A stretch of DNA of 59,014 bases, the filler included, from Basidiobolus ranarum (Eukaryota): NCBI GenBank assembly GCA_040143965.1. It is 4 parts of 4 records of this genome, joined end to end, with 100 filler letters (N's around TTAATTAATTAA, not from the genome) between each part and the next. Parts side by side here need not be neighbours in the genome. Positions count along the whole stretch, not along the records: positions 1 to 14,739 come from JASJQH010000414.1; positions 14,840 to 29,529 come from JASJQH010000415.1; 2 more parts are not named here. The stretch is one strand, 5' to 3'. The translations under genes and the position numbers were made by a program. The notes beneath the pieces are model-generated. The model searched no databases and was not told the DNA's origin. It saw nothing but the letters and a program-made list of their open reading frames with translations. Shown piece by piece: positions 13,291-26,157 of this stretch (positions are counted from its first letter, which is position 1; every line of letters begins with the position of its first letter).

Positions 13291-13885
13291 CTAGTTTTTC
13301 CTCCCAAACTTTCCTAGTCCTTTGATACTTTGAAACTTGTTCCGAGATTTTGGCACTCCTGTTTCTTCAATCATGCAGTCCTTCATCTCCGCATAAGCTG
13401 GTGGACGCTGGGGCAAGCGTAGAGTTTTAGGTGGTGTTAAAGTATTGCGTAGCTTGGAATACCAAGGTTTACCAACAGCCTCCTCTTCCTCAGAATGAAA
13501 AACTCCCTCACAAGACCATTGATCTTCCTCCATCAATCGGTGCATTGAAAGTGAACGTGGTTCAATATTACTTCGCTGGTTAAAATCTTGAATGTTCCGC
13601 GACACAGGCTCTGATCTTTCAAAGATCGAGAAGCCTTTGTTACGCTTTTCTTTCTCCGGATAACTTGAAACCCACTTGTTAGCATTGGAGATGTAGCTAG
13701 GAGGTTCTTGCTCATCTACTTGTGATATCATACTCTGGAAAGTTAAAGGGTTTGGTTAGAAGTGTACCGCTGAGGTGAATCGAACTTCACACATGTACCT
13801 CTTGGGAGTATTCGAACTCGCGACGACCATAGGATTTCGGTTCATTATCGAAAAAGGTACTCACTTTACGTTTAAAGCTAAGCAT
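13291..13885 (-). CDS. Hypothetical protein, 2 exons (13885-13799, 13734-13291), likely disordered
   Basis: ATG at 13885; phase-0 GTACAT…TTCCAG intron joins MLSFKRKVSTFFDNEPKSYGRREFEYSQE to the 146-aa ORF; TATA-like TATAAAA about 120 bp upstream. Confidence 0.65.
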
Positions 13886-14739
13886 GAAGGGCTATAATAA
13901 GAGGTAAAATATAAAGATATGATAACAAGTGCAGCAGGTCGTTCAACGCAAGATTTACTCGGAAGAAAGAATGGAGAGAACTGGGATGGCAGGATGGCTT
14001 TTATACAGTGAATCGAATGATGGGACCGGAGTTCCCAGATGAGCTATAATGTAACGTAATAAGATTGGGAGATCCAGAGTATGACTGGATATAGAGAGAA
14101 ATTAACAGATGCAGACTTCAAATAATTGCCAGGTCAGGTTAGGCGTTATATATGAAATTCTTATCCAACTCCACTCTATTGATTCATTATTCGTCAATTA
14201 TTTTAGTTTAGTGGCGTAATATCAACTCTGGTGCACTATTAAGATTTCATTGCTAAGTACCTGAGACTATCTATGATTCATTCTCCGTTGACCAATCATC
14301 TACACATCCTGATTGTTCATCAACCTGGCCTCGAACACCAAAGGGTTGGAAAAGGAAGGGTACCATAGTACCTCCATAACATAGAGGACCCGCATCATTC
14401 GCACCCCATAACAGAGGATAAAGTTTTATTAAGAATGCAGGGCTTAACGGCGGATGCACTAAATCAGACTAAAAGAGCTAGCCCGGGCTCGAATGTAGCA
14501 TCTACTTTCCTCTACAACCATGAGACAGGAGGATTTCGTGGTAATTTCCCTTCACTTGATGAACCATTCCGAACAAACAGGAGCGAAACTATGTTTCCAT
14601 ATCACTCGCTAGTTTTCGAGGGCATCCAATCCTTTGAATCACCCCATCCCCGAGGGTACCTTACTTTTCCACCGAATCCTCAGATCTCCCATTTCTGACG
14701 GATTTGGCCGTAAACCTGTACCTGATGGTAATCAAGTAA

Positions 14740-14839
14740 NNNNNNNNNNNNNNNNNNNNNNNNNNNNNNNNNNNNNNNNNNNNTTAATTAATTAANNNNN
14801 NNNNNNNNNNNNNNNNNNNNNNNNNNNNNNNNNNNNNNN
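14740..14839. other. Artificial contig spacer
   Basis: 44 N + TTAATTAATTAA (stop codons in all six frames) + 44 N. Confidence 0.97.
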
Positions 14840-14873
14840 GCACATATGGACGATATTTGATCATTCAATTTAG

Positions 14874-17800
14874 CTAACTATCGAAGCTTTCTTCATTTGC
14901 ACCGTGGCTTTCAGAGTCTTTTAAACGTCTGCTAATCAAGTCCTCGGCCTTCTGATTCAAATCGTCCAACGCCTTGCAGTCTTTGGAGGTCTTCATGGAG
15001 AGAAGATGTACCAGTGTTGTATGAAGCTAAATAATGGGTGGGGGAAATGAGTCAGTTCTGTTGAGAGTGAAATAGGTGTAGGCTAATAAAATACCTGAGA
15101 TTCCAGTTGGTTTTGATATTTATACTCCGAGAAGGCAGTGTTATTCATATCGTGAACATTTTCCAGAGCATTTACCAACGTTTCTATTATCCGTTTATAT
15201 AATGAACTGGTGTAATATTTCTCTCTAGAGTTCGGCAGGGCTAGTGCTAAACAGGCATGGATTCGAACTTTAAAGTTACGACATTCCTGGATCGATTGCA
15301 ATAGTGCATCGTAAACAGTTTCAGTCCAATGAGTTTTACCAATGGGAAACCAGGGATTACGAAGGAAGTTAGCAGTTGCGTGACAAGCGTTCCAACGAGT
15401 CTGAGAGAGCCCTCCAGTTAGTGGATTTGTCGTGATCATAATAATCAGTGGTGAGGTTTACCTTAGCTGAGCCTGAATTTATATTCTTTACTACAATGTT
15501 GACTGCTTCATTGAGAAGATTCCCCACTTCACGCTCAATGACCGAACGAGGACATGCTCTAATGAGACTGCCTAGAGCGCGAACTCCATTAGAGCGCAAC
15601 TAAGATAATGCTTATGAGCTACGTTGGGATGTAAAATAAGACGAATTTTGGAATACTTACTTTATCATTATCCTTTGAAGCAGCTATGCCTGCCGCAGCT
15701 AATCGACATAGAAGCATGTAGTCGAATCCCTCTGCTAGCTCGCCATCATTTTCTTCACTATATATACACTATTATTAATGGTAGATGTTGAAAAAGTTAG
15801 AAAACGCTAGTAGTTACCTGGTGATCACCAGTGTGTCACATAGATTCGCGAGACCCCAACTAGCTGGAATTCGTGTTGTTAAAACGGAGTCTTGAACCAA
15901 TTTGACAAACAGGAGTGATACATCAATCATAAATAGCGAATTCTATGACAAAAAGTGGACCGATTAGTATATAGGTATGACAGCTAGCTAGCTAACTTTT
16001 ATGACATACCTCTTTGAGTGCAGGGAATAGTACGAACACCCCCAATGCGCGGCTTGCAGCAGCTCTAACCGCAGAGTTTTCATCATTAGCGAGACCCAGA
16101 AGTAATGAAAGTATTAGGATTTGCTTTTCCGTCTTTAACACGTAGTGGTTAGTATTTATATTATATTCAAGAAGGCGTGACTATATATGTTACCGGTAAG
16201 GTTGCGTAGATCTCATTAGGTATGTGGGAGATGCATTTGCATATTAATGCTCGAGTGTTGGCACACTTGCTATCTGTATATGGTTGGATCAGCTCCTCCA
16301 GAAAAGAGATCCACCACGGCCGCTCCTTGTCAATCAATAAGTTAATAAACGAAATCGAAGATAACATGGTAAGGGCTAGTTACTTGAACTTCAATTTGCG
16401 CTTGAGATCTGGTGTATTCATCCAGTAGCTTCATAAAAGCAATTCGGATGATTTGATCAGGATTTCCAATTTCTTTGCTCATTACTCTCTTGATTTCTGG
16501 CCAGCGGGGTCTAAAGTTGAATTTAAATGTTAGTACACCCTTCAATAAAAGCAATTATAGCAATAAACAGATCACTAACTGGAGCATGGCAAAATTATGT
16601 CGGGCTAAGGCTGAGCACGCTTCACATGCTTCAACTCGTATACCATTACTCTCTTCCGATTCGAGAACCTCAATAAGATGATTTATCATGTTGACCTTGG
16701 CGGGAGTTTTAACACTCTCGATGGAGCTTTCCAATCGTATTTGTGAAGTTTGAGAATCCAAAATAGTGACTAGACACTTGTAAGATTCGATTTTTACGTA
16801 AGGATCTTTGGATGATATCAGAGTAAAATGTTATTAAGAATGGAAGGGTTTTACGGCATTGATAATAAAGGGCATACCTGGGAAACCAACACAATCAACC
16901 ACAGACTTGAACAGCATCGAAAGGTAATTGGAAGAAAGGCGTTCGTATGATGAATTGGAAACAAGTGCAGAGCAAAACTAAATAGAAGGTAATAATAGGT
17001 CAGTTGTCATTGTTAGCAAGGGTGTCATTGATATGCTCAGGATCGAGCCAAAATAAAACCTTTAGAAGGCGTGTCAATACGTCTGGGTGCATCTCTTTCT
17101 TGAGTAAGATTACCAAGCCATGATGAAGATATCGTGTCAACTTGCCAAGCTTTTGAGAAAGCGAGGTGAATGATGATTTGGTGTCCCTATTCATTTATCA
17201 ATTATGATCTATACTATTGTCACCGTTCACATCAAATAAAGGGCCAACATACCTATCATCGGCAGCGCTCAAATATTGCCGAGATCTATCGACCATTAAA
17301 ACAAGTGTCTCGCAAGTATTCATTCGTTCACGTGTAAACGGGGAATTTGCCATGATCAAGTAGAGTGAGGGATAGTAAGGAGTCTCCTCATCAGGGAAGA
17401 AATCCCCCCAGTATGGGTAAAGCTGCTTCGATGATGTCTACAGAATAAAGAGTATTAAGTATATGGAGAGAGAGATAATAGCTCAAGTTAACAATCTAAT
17501 AAACACATGATATAATATAGTTTACCTGAGCGATGGCGTTCAAACAACCTATTGCATTTTGCCGAATGTGACGTCTATATTCAATTACATGGTTGTCAAC
17601 AAACATCTCACCGATACTTGAATACATCGCGAAATTACCTTCGTGAAGAGTCTACAAATTCACCATCTGATAGTTCAGAGTCAGAGCTTTGGCAAGGTTT
17701 CGTTCCACCAAGTAAGTTGGAAGAATTATATCTGCGAGATGGTACACGCCAATTCAACTCTAGCATTGATACACGAAAAACGAATATAGATGAGCATACG

Positions 17801-19003
17801 AAAAGTAACCAGCAATATCATATGAATCTGAAAAAGGGCACTCACGACTGGTACGGTCTAGGTAGTGAATCTCCTGCAATCCGTAATATAGGCATTTTTT
17901 GATACAACCGACGAGTGTCTCAAACTGAACCGATAATACGTCAGGGCTTTCTTTGATAATCGTTGTTAAGGCTTTCAGTGCTGCTTTCGCGTCCTTATGT
18001 AACAAAATAAATGAATCCTCTGTTTTATGACAAATAGTAGATCTAAGAGTTCGTTTTTATTTATGGCTACTTTGAAAAAATTTCCGACAGTTACCCCTTC
18101 TGTTACTGAGTTGTCTGTGATTGAATACTCGCTATACGGATTCGCAGCCGCGATCAAATTCTTCAAAAGTAGCACATATACGTCCATTGTAAGTTTAGGA
18201 TATTTGGTTCCTATCTTGGCGCACAGATTTCCAAAACAATATATCGCGAATTGTTTGCTATCACCATGTGTGCTGTGTTCCACGAACTGCTTCAAGGTTA
18301 AAAAGATCATATCATGAAGCTACGGAAAGATAAGTATATATATCGGATAATAACTACGCGTAAGAAAACAACTACGTACTTGTTCACAGTACATGCCACT
18401 TTCAAATAGTGCAGCACTTAGCGCTTTTAAAGCCTCAATATTGTTAGGATAGGTGAATTGAGTGGTACATTTTAACAAGAAAGTCAGGATGATGTTAAGT
18501 GAAGCGCTTTTCGAGGTAAAAATGCTAGGCTGTTTAAATAAAATTACTTAGTACAATGTTAAGGTTTAAATGGTGAACAACAGACTTATACCTGTCTCTT
18601 GTGACAAGATTTATATATTATCTGACATAGCTTAATCTTTAAAACCTCATCCTCATGCTCCAAGGCTTGACAAGCAACCATCAAAAGTTTGGAGAGGGTC
18701 TAAAAAAAGTAAATAATGACATAAAAAAGATGCTCTGACTGACTGCATTCTCTATACTATACTAAAATTAAATACCTGTCCATCGATAGAAGACAGTGGA
18801 TATGATATTCTATTTAAAGTATCTAGAACTTTATCTAATGTCGCATAGGTAGCCTTTTCGTGAGATGGTACAATGGGTGGTCTGGGAGGTAGATTATCGG
18901 TGTCAACTATTAATGAAGTGGAAATAATACTACTTGCTTGAGCAATAAACGCTTCAATACTACTGATTGACCCTTTGTGTTGTATTTTTGGTTTACTATT
19001 CAT
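14874..19003 (-). CDS. HEATR6: HEAT repeat-containing protein 6 (DUF4042), many exons
   Basis: Spliced segments SSDSELSD, KQLYPYWGIFFPD, SSFTSLSQKLG, VRAAASRALGVFVLFP, KVRSNGVRALG, KTRWNACHA and NFKVRIHACLAL; GT-AG introns; stop codon at 14874-14876. Confidence 0.88.
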
Positions 19004-19673
19004 TATTACTACAAACCAAGCGTTGGTTCTGCTCTTCACTTTTCTATTAAGTTAACTAAATTCACAATTGATTACATGCAAATAATAATAATACATATTT
19101 ATACTAAGAATTTCTAATAATCTGAATAGTGGTTTCCAGATGATAAGAAAATGAAAATTCGTAATCTTAGTTCACGTAATTTTTAATGAGAATTGAAAAA
19201 ACAATAATAATCATATTATCTATAATGAAGAAAAATTCACGGAAGAATATTTTATTAGCGATATTTTTACTCTAAACTCAGTAGTATATTCTGGAATCAA
19301 GAATAAAAAAAAAGTTGTCAGACCAAGAAAAAAAAACTTTCCCAAGGTTGAATCGAATTGATTAGTCTAAGAACGAAAGTGTGAAATCTTCCTTGCCATC
19401 CTTGGTGTTGAAAGATAGCCTGACCGTTAATTTTACGAAGAGGCTTTATAATTTTAGGAGTGAGTAAGATTTATTTACCAGTATTTTCCTTTCATCCAGT
19501 ACGAAATTGTACTTGTAATTGCCAAATCACTGAAACCACTCCAACGCAAAGAGTATTCTAAGCCTTCTAGTTGCTTAACTCGTTGACCTTTTGAATTCTT
19601 TACCCATGCAAACATCATTTGAATCTATTTGTTAACCTAAGTTTATTTTTATAGTCTTGTAGCATATTTCAAA
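19004..19673. promoter_or_regulatory. AT-rich divergent (probably bidirectional) promoter for HEATR6 and eIF3a, including a probable eIF3a 5'-UTR intron at about 19460-19654
   Basis: Start codons are 670 bp apart on opposite strands; GTGAGT donor at 19460 and TTTTTATAG acceptor ending at 19654. Confidence 0.5.
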
Positions 19674-22598
19674 ATGGCTCCATTTTATCAAAAACCTGAA
19701 AACGCTTTCAAGAGAGCCGAAGGTACTTGATGATGTATTAAGATTTTACCCAACGTAAACATATTAACGATTCTCTCTCTTTAAAGAGCTTATTGCTGTT
19801 GGTCAACAAAACGCTGCCCTTCAATCTCTTCATGATGTTCTTACCTCCAAGCGTTCTCGTCATGTTGTCCTTTCCTCCTTGGAACCTGTTGCTATGAAGT
19901 TCATTGAACTTTGTGTTGAGCTCAGAAAGGGTAGATTGGCCAAGGAAGGTTTACACCAATATAAGAATATCGCTCAAAATACTAACATTGATACTATTGA
20001 GGTACGTTTACTTTTCATATCAATTTATCTAGTGAAATACTTTTCTCATGTTAAGAATTTCTTTAGAACGTTATCACCAAATATATTGAATTGGCTGAGT
20101 CTAAAGTTCAAGAAGCTCAAGCTAAGGCTGATCAAATCACCTTGGATGCTGTTGAGGATCTTGAGGCTTCAGAAACCCCTGAATCTATGATGATGGGTAT
20201 CGTTAGCGGTGAACAAAGCAAGGACAGAACCGATAGAGCTGTCGTCACTCCTTGGCTCAAATTCTTGTGGGAGACTTATCGTAATGTTCTTGATATTCTC
20301 CGTAACAACGCCAGACTTGAGGTTATGTACCAGACTACCGTCAACCAGGCTTTCCAATTTTGTCTTCGTTACACCAGAAAAACTGAATTCAGAAGACTCT
20401 GTGAATTGTTAAGAAACCATCTTGGCAATGTTGCTAAATACTCACACCAACCTCATGCCATCAACCTTAACGAACCTGAATCTCTTCAAAGACATTTGGA
20501 TTCTAGATTCGCTCAATTGAACGCTTCAGTTGAATTGGAACTCTGGCAAGAGGCTTTCCGTTCCATTGAAGATATTCACACTTTGCTTACTATGTCCCGT
20601 AGAATGCCTAAACCTATGATGATGGCTAATTACTATAATAAGCTCGTTCGTATCTTAATGGTCAGTGAGAACTACCTATTCCACGCTGCTGCCTGGAACA
20701 AATTCTACGCTATCTCCAAGACTAGATCCATGTCTGATGAAGAACATCAAAAGATGGCTTCCTTTGTCTTACTTTCTGCTCTTGCCGTTCCTGTTGTGAC
20801 TGCCAAGCCAGAAGGCAACCAAAAGTCCAAGATTTATCGTCTTACCAACTTGATGGGTCTTGCCAGTCCCCCTACTAGAGCTGGCCTATTAAAGGATGCT
20901 CTTAGTGAGGATGTCTTGAAATGGGTCAGACCTGAATTGAGAGAATTGTACAATATTTTAGAAGTCCAATTCCACCCTCTCTCTATCTGTAAAAAGATCG
21001 CTCCTATCATGACTGAGCTTGCTGCTAGTAATGAGGAGAGAAAATACGTTGAACCATTGCATCAAGTTATCCTTTCCCGCCTTCTCCAACAGTTATCCCA
21101 AATCTACACCACTATCAAACTTGATTATGTAGTAAAACTTGCATCCTTCGAACCACCTTTCGATTATGATGCTACTACCATCGAGAAATTCATCATGGCT
21201 GGATGTAAGAGAGGAGAACTTTCTATTCGAATTGATCATGCTACACGTACTATCAACTTTGAACAAGATCCTTTCCAATCCTCTAACAACAGCATCGTGG
21301 ATAGTGTCAAATTACAACCTATGCCATCCGACCTTGTCCGTAATCAATTGACCTCCCTTGCCAAATGTCTCTACTCTACTAGCTTCATGATCGATCCTTC
21401 TATTGTCGAAGCCAAGAAGGAAGCTAAACGTGAAGCATTTGCCCGTGCTTTGGCTGGTGTCGAACAAGAACATAAGGATACCCTTGCTAGAAAGGCTATC
21501 ATTGAAAGACGTAAGGAAATCGTTGAGACTCTCCTTATTCGTAAAGAAAAGGAAGAAGCACGTGAAAAGGCCATTCGTATGCAACAAGAACAAGAAGCAG
21601 AAAAACTTCGTGTTGCCGAAGAAACCAAGAAACGTGAAATGGAAAGAGTACGTCGTGAACATGAAGCTATTCAAAGAGAAGAAGCCCGTAAATTGGCTGA
21701 ATCTCTTAAGGCTAAGAGTGGATTAAATGTTAACGTGGATGATATTGAAAACTTGGATACCAATAAACTTATGGCTATGCAAGTGGAACAATTGGAGAAG
21801 GAGAAGAATGAAACACAAAGCCGTCTCAAGGCTATCGCCAAACGTATGGATCATCTTGAGCGTGCCTTCCGTAAGGAAGAAATCCCTCTCCTCGAGCAAG
21901 ATTATGAACGTCAAAGAAAGGCCGATCGTACTTACTACGAAGCCGCACGTACCGCCAAACTCGAGGCTGCCTCTCATAAGCATACTGAGGACCTTAAGGT
22001 CAAAGCACGTATGCAAAGACTTTTGTCTGATTACACTCAATTCAAGAAATCACTTCAAGCTAAACGTGAAGCTGAGCTTCAAGCTAAGAGAGAAGCCGCC
22101 GAAGCTAAGATCAACGAAGAGAAACAAGCTAGAATTGAGGAATACCGTAGACTCAAGCAAGAGGAAGAGAATAGAATCCGAGCTGTTGAGGAAGCCCGCA
22201 AAGAAAAGGAAGCTGAGGAGGCTCGTAGATTGGAAGAGAGAGCACGTCTCGAAGCTGAACGCGCTGAAAAGGCTGCCCAAGAGAAGATTGAATACCAAGA
22301 GCGTATGAAGAAGCTTGAAGAGCAAGCCGAAAAACAACGCGAGAGAGAAAGATTGGCCGAAGAGAAGATTGCTCGTAGCAAAGCATCTGCTCCCGCTGCC
22401 GGTGATCGTTATGTTCCTCCTAGCCAACGTGATGCTCCTCGTGAAAACACCTGGCGTCGTGGCGGTCCTCCTGCTGCTGCTGCTCCAGCTGAAAGCAAAC
22501 CTTCCGGACCCGCACCCTCCATTTTCGGTGCTAAGGAAGGTGGTTGGAGAGCTCGTTTGGCTGCCAAGCAAGCCCAACAGGGAGACAAAAAGGAATAA
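19674..22598 (+). CDS. TIF32: Translation initiation factor eIF3 subunit A, 3 coding exons (19674-19722, 19787-20001, 20067-22598)
   Basis: [19 protein letters not shown] start, [38 protein letters not shown] region and a long charged coiled coil. Confidence 0.97.
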
Positions 22599-23246
22599 GA
22601 TGGATTCATTCCCATCAAGTTCCCCCCAAAAACCGTTTACTTTGATATTGTCTTGATATTTCACTTGAGGCAGATATTTTAGCGAAATTCCAAACACACT
22701 TTTAATTGATATCATACGTTATTAAAGCACTGCATTGCAGATGCAATCTATACATAGTTCTATATGATTTTTGTTCTTGGGGTGGATGAAGTGAAATATT
22801 AAAGGAATGAAAATGAAAATATATTACCATTTCTAAGAAAATTCCCTAAAAAATAAATCTATAAAACTAAGATAGCCAAACCAGCAAAACCACCCAATCA
22901 TTTTATCCACAGAACCAACTAAGTCCATGTTCAAAGTTAGACAAAGATGGGTCATCTGATGTAAAATTCTGGCAAATAAGGGAACTGAAAATGGGCTGTC
23001 AGTTGAAGATCTATTTACACGAGGTGAATGGTTGTAATTATTAATGAAGACGAATAGTTGGCCATTGTATGTATTGTCGTCACTACAAAGCATTGAAGAA
23101 TGTTAGTGTAACTGTACCCTCGTTGGAACGTTAATTAATTTATGAAGCTGCAGGAAGACAGATTCTGAGAAAGTTCACTACTCTTATATATATACATCGT
23201 GTTGATGAAGTGTTGAATCAGTAACATCGTCCTCCTCTTATCAACC

Positions 23247-23576
23247 ATGGTCTTCTTCAAGTCGCTCTACTTCTTAACCGTTCTTCTTGTGTTCTCTACA
23301 TTTTTGGTGTCGGATGGGTTGAAGTTCTCTCAGACAAAGGAGTGTAACACCTGCTTAAAGGCGTTAGGCGGTGGATGCAAAAAGAAGATCGAAAAAGCCA
23401 ACTCCAATTTAGCCGCGTCCTATAAAGCCATGAAGGATTGTCTGTGTACGGACAAATACTTTGATAATTTCGATACTTGTGCCACCTGTTCTCTCCAATC
23501 TACCGGGTCTGAGGATACTCCTGGAGAGAAGGAAAAATTAATTGCCAGGAAGGCTTGTGTTGGTTTTCGCAATTAG
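23247..23576 (+). CDS. Small secreted 8-cysteine protein (CFEM-like spacing)
   Basis: Hydrophobic N-terminal signal; Cys pattern Cx2Cx7Cx20CxCx10Cx2Cx22C; TATATA about 60 bp upstream; AATAAA downstream. Confidence 0.75.
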   Translation: MVFFKSLYFLTVLLVFSTFLVSDGLKFSQTKECNTCLKALGGGCKKKIEKANSNLAASYKAMKDCLCTDKYFDNFDTCATCSLQSTGSEDTPGEKEKLIARKACVGFRN

Positions 23577-23856
23577 CTATCCCCCAGTTCACCTTTCGCA
23601 GGCTAATAAAGTTTAATTTATATTGTTCTCAAAACCTTCTCAATCACTCTAACCCGAAAGTTTACATTAATATCCCAGCTAGCATATTTCAAATGGGCAA
23701 GTCATTAGACAAATATACAAAGAGGCCTTCATAAGAATATATAGATCATTAACACTATCGAAGTTTATTTGTTTGTACATGGTGTGAGCCCGAATCTATT
23801 CGGATCACTGAAAATAGAGGAATGCTGAATATTTACAAAAAATTAACCACTCAGAT

Positions 23857-24558
23857 TTAACAATTGATTGAGGATAGGATCTCGCGGAATGATGGTAGCT
23901 GTGTATGGTTGGTAAGAGGAGGTAGCTGAAGATTGGAGGCTGTCCAAGAGCTATACGGGGAGTTTTCTTGCATAGAAGCAGCATGCAATGAAGGAACTGA
24001 TGGTAGACACAAAGGTGCTGAAGAATAGCATTTTGATTCGGTGGATTCTTTCGATGAGAAATTGTTGTATCTCTCGTCATGTGTTCTCTTGATGGTTAAT
24101 TCCTTGTCATTGCGTAAACCAGGACTCGGTGGAGGAGTTTGTAAAAGGTCAGAAACGCAACCGGAGGATGAAGCAGGAGATACTGATCTTTGAAGGGATT
24201 GTTGTTGCTCAATATTTCTGGGAAATCCTTGAGTTTTGGAGATGGTAGTGTTGGGTGAGATGACCGAGAAATGGGGCTCGTTATGTGGAGTAGTGTAACG
24301 AGGTTTGGTTTCTTTTTTGGTGTATGGGCCACGTCGTTCACCCTTTCTGCGCTCTTTACGAACGGAATCGCGACAAGTATCACCCAACCCATACTTGATG
24401 CAACGTTGGCAAGGACGACCTTCATCACACTTTTTACAGGCCTTTTGGCAGTTCACGCATGCATTCTTGACCTGTGTTCTCTTGGATCGCAAGGTGTCGT
24501 CTAAAAGGTCGCTGGGATTCGAAGGGAAGATAGAAAATATTTGTGTATAAAACTCCAT
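23857..24558 (-). CDS. Zn(II)2Cys6 transcription factor (Ert1/AcuK-type cluster), intronless
   Basis: KRTQVKNACVNCQKACKKCDEGRPCQRCIKYGLGDTCRDSVRKERRKG; first ATG at 24558; TATA box near 24635-24644. Confidence 0.9.
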   Translation of the reverse strand: MEFYTQIFSIFPSNPSDLLDDTLRSKRTQVKNACVNCQKACKKCDEGRPCQRCIKYGLGDTCRDSVRKERRKGERRGPYTKKETKPRYTTPHNEPHFSVISPNTTISKTQGFPRNIEQQQSLQRSVSPASSSGCVSDLLQTPPPSPGLRNDKELTIKRTHDERYNNFSSKESTESKCYSSAPLCLPSVPSLHAASMQENSPYSSWTASNLQLPPLTNHTQLPSFREILSSINC

Positions 24559-26157
24559 ATTGGATGAGAAAGGCAACCTTGGATGATGAAAAACCTGTGA
24601 ATGGAATGAAAATTTCGCAGAGACCAAGCGGGCTTTATATATAAAACCAAAGAGGATGGGTGCTAATTAGGAGAATATGGAAACTCGCAGAGTGAAACAA
24701 AAGCGGATATGAGATATATTAGATAAACAAATGAATGCCTCGATCTGGTTTGGAATGTGGTTTGCGACTCAAGTTTTACTAGATTAATTAGTAGCTTCTT
24801 CCAGAAATAGCAATGGTTTCAGCTAAGGAGCAGCTACCTAGAATCTACATGATGGCTTTAAAAGGATGCTACGTAAATATAAGCGAACAGGACATTGGAG
24901 AGGATGAAACGAGAATATGGATTTGGTTTTGGTTTGGGATGCTCCGATTTCTTTGCGGACTCATTTGAGGAATATTTCCAAAAACGAAACCCAGCCTCGT
25001 TCAACTGTACACAGGATTACGCGCTTGATTGCACTCTACCGGAAGCACTTGCTTGATTGCTGATTGCAGTGTACTGGAAGCATGCTTAGCATCATCGGGA
25101 CTGCACATTCCTCAAATTATACTAACACAATCGATTGAAGAGCCCCAATGAAGCAAATTAGCTGATTGCTGATACAAGACGATAAGAACGGACTTAGGAT
25201 TGAGGACTAGTTAGGGATACCTTTACGGCCAGCTACCTCTTTGGTCGCGGTCACGATCATATTTCCAGATATGCCAGATTAATGTTGCGGACTCTGATTA
25301 ATACCTTATCGCTAGCTGAAACCACCTGCCAATTCTGTAAATCACAGATCGTACCACATCTGACTGGTTTTTTGGAACTCTCAATATGCACATATATATA
25401 GGCTGGTATTCAACATGATTTTCAAACAATTACCAAATCTGTCGCTCGGTTTCATAGCTATCGATACAGTATTTGTTGTATTGATTCTTTTGTGGATAGA
25501 AAGGCCCTGATTTGGGGAGTATCAAGATCTTAGGGTTTCCTAGCGGGTCAGCTTCCCTCACACCCTCCAGTTCCGAATAATGTATGCATTGTGGGAACTG
25601 GATTCACTTGACTTCTTGTAACCAATCGTTATCAAAGCCATCAATGTGAGGTTTCCCACAAATTCAGAGTGGGAAGTGGATCTGTGCGATAAGGTCTCAA
25701 AGCTAATTCATTTTGATGACTTCATCGAGTCGGTTGAACCGCGGAGCTTTAATCCGAATCTAAATGTGGTAATTTTCATAGAGAGCACTCGTACTATTGC
25801 GCTCTATCGATTCAAACCTGAGCGACAACATGTTGTATGTGGATTAGATACACCTAGTCTCGTGATGCCTATGACATAAATGGCGTAAAGTACTCCAATC
25901 ACAGTGTAACTTACAATAACTTACCTTTGATTAGAATTCGACGACTTTTTTTTAAGCTGGCTTATATATAATCATCTATCACTGCTGTCTATTAATGAAT
26001 GGGTATTGGTCCAAATGATTTTTCTAAAGAGGATTTACTTTATATAATGTGTGAGGTTTATCTAACTACGAAATGAAAAATGCCAAGAATTTGTTTGAAC
26101 GTATAATGGTAGGAAAGGGAGCCCTTTAAAGAGTCGTTTCCAAAATCCCTATTTGAA

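Noticed and set aside
14784..14795. TTAATTAATTAA palindrome repeated three times in the window
   Set aside because: Synthetic linker embedded in N runs, not biological.
14874..19003. Minor (U12) introns in the intron-rich genes
   Set aside because: The donors I traced are ordinary GT-AG without the RTATCCTT consensus; ATATCCTT hits were exonic or intergenic.
21093..22715. Many overlapping antisense and alternative-frame ORFs
   Set aside because: Shadows of the biased, repetitive codon usage in the eIF3a coiled-coil region.
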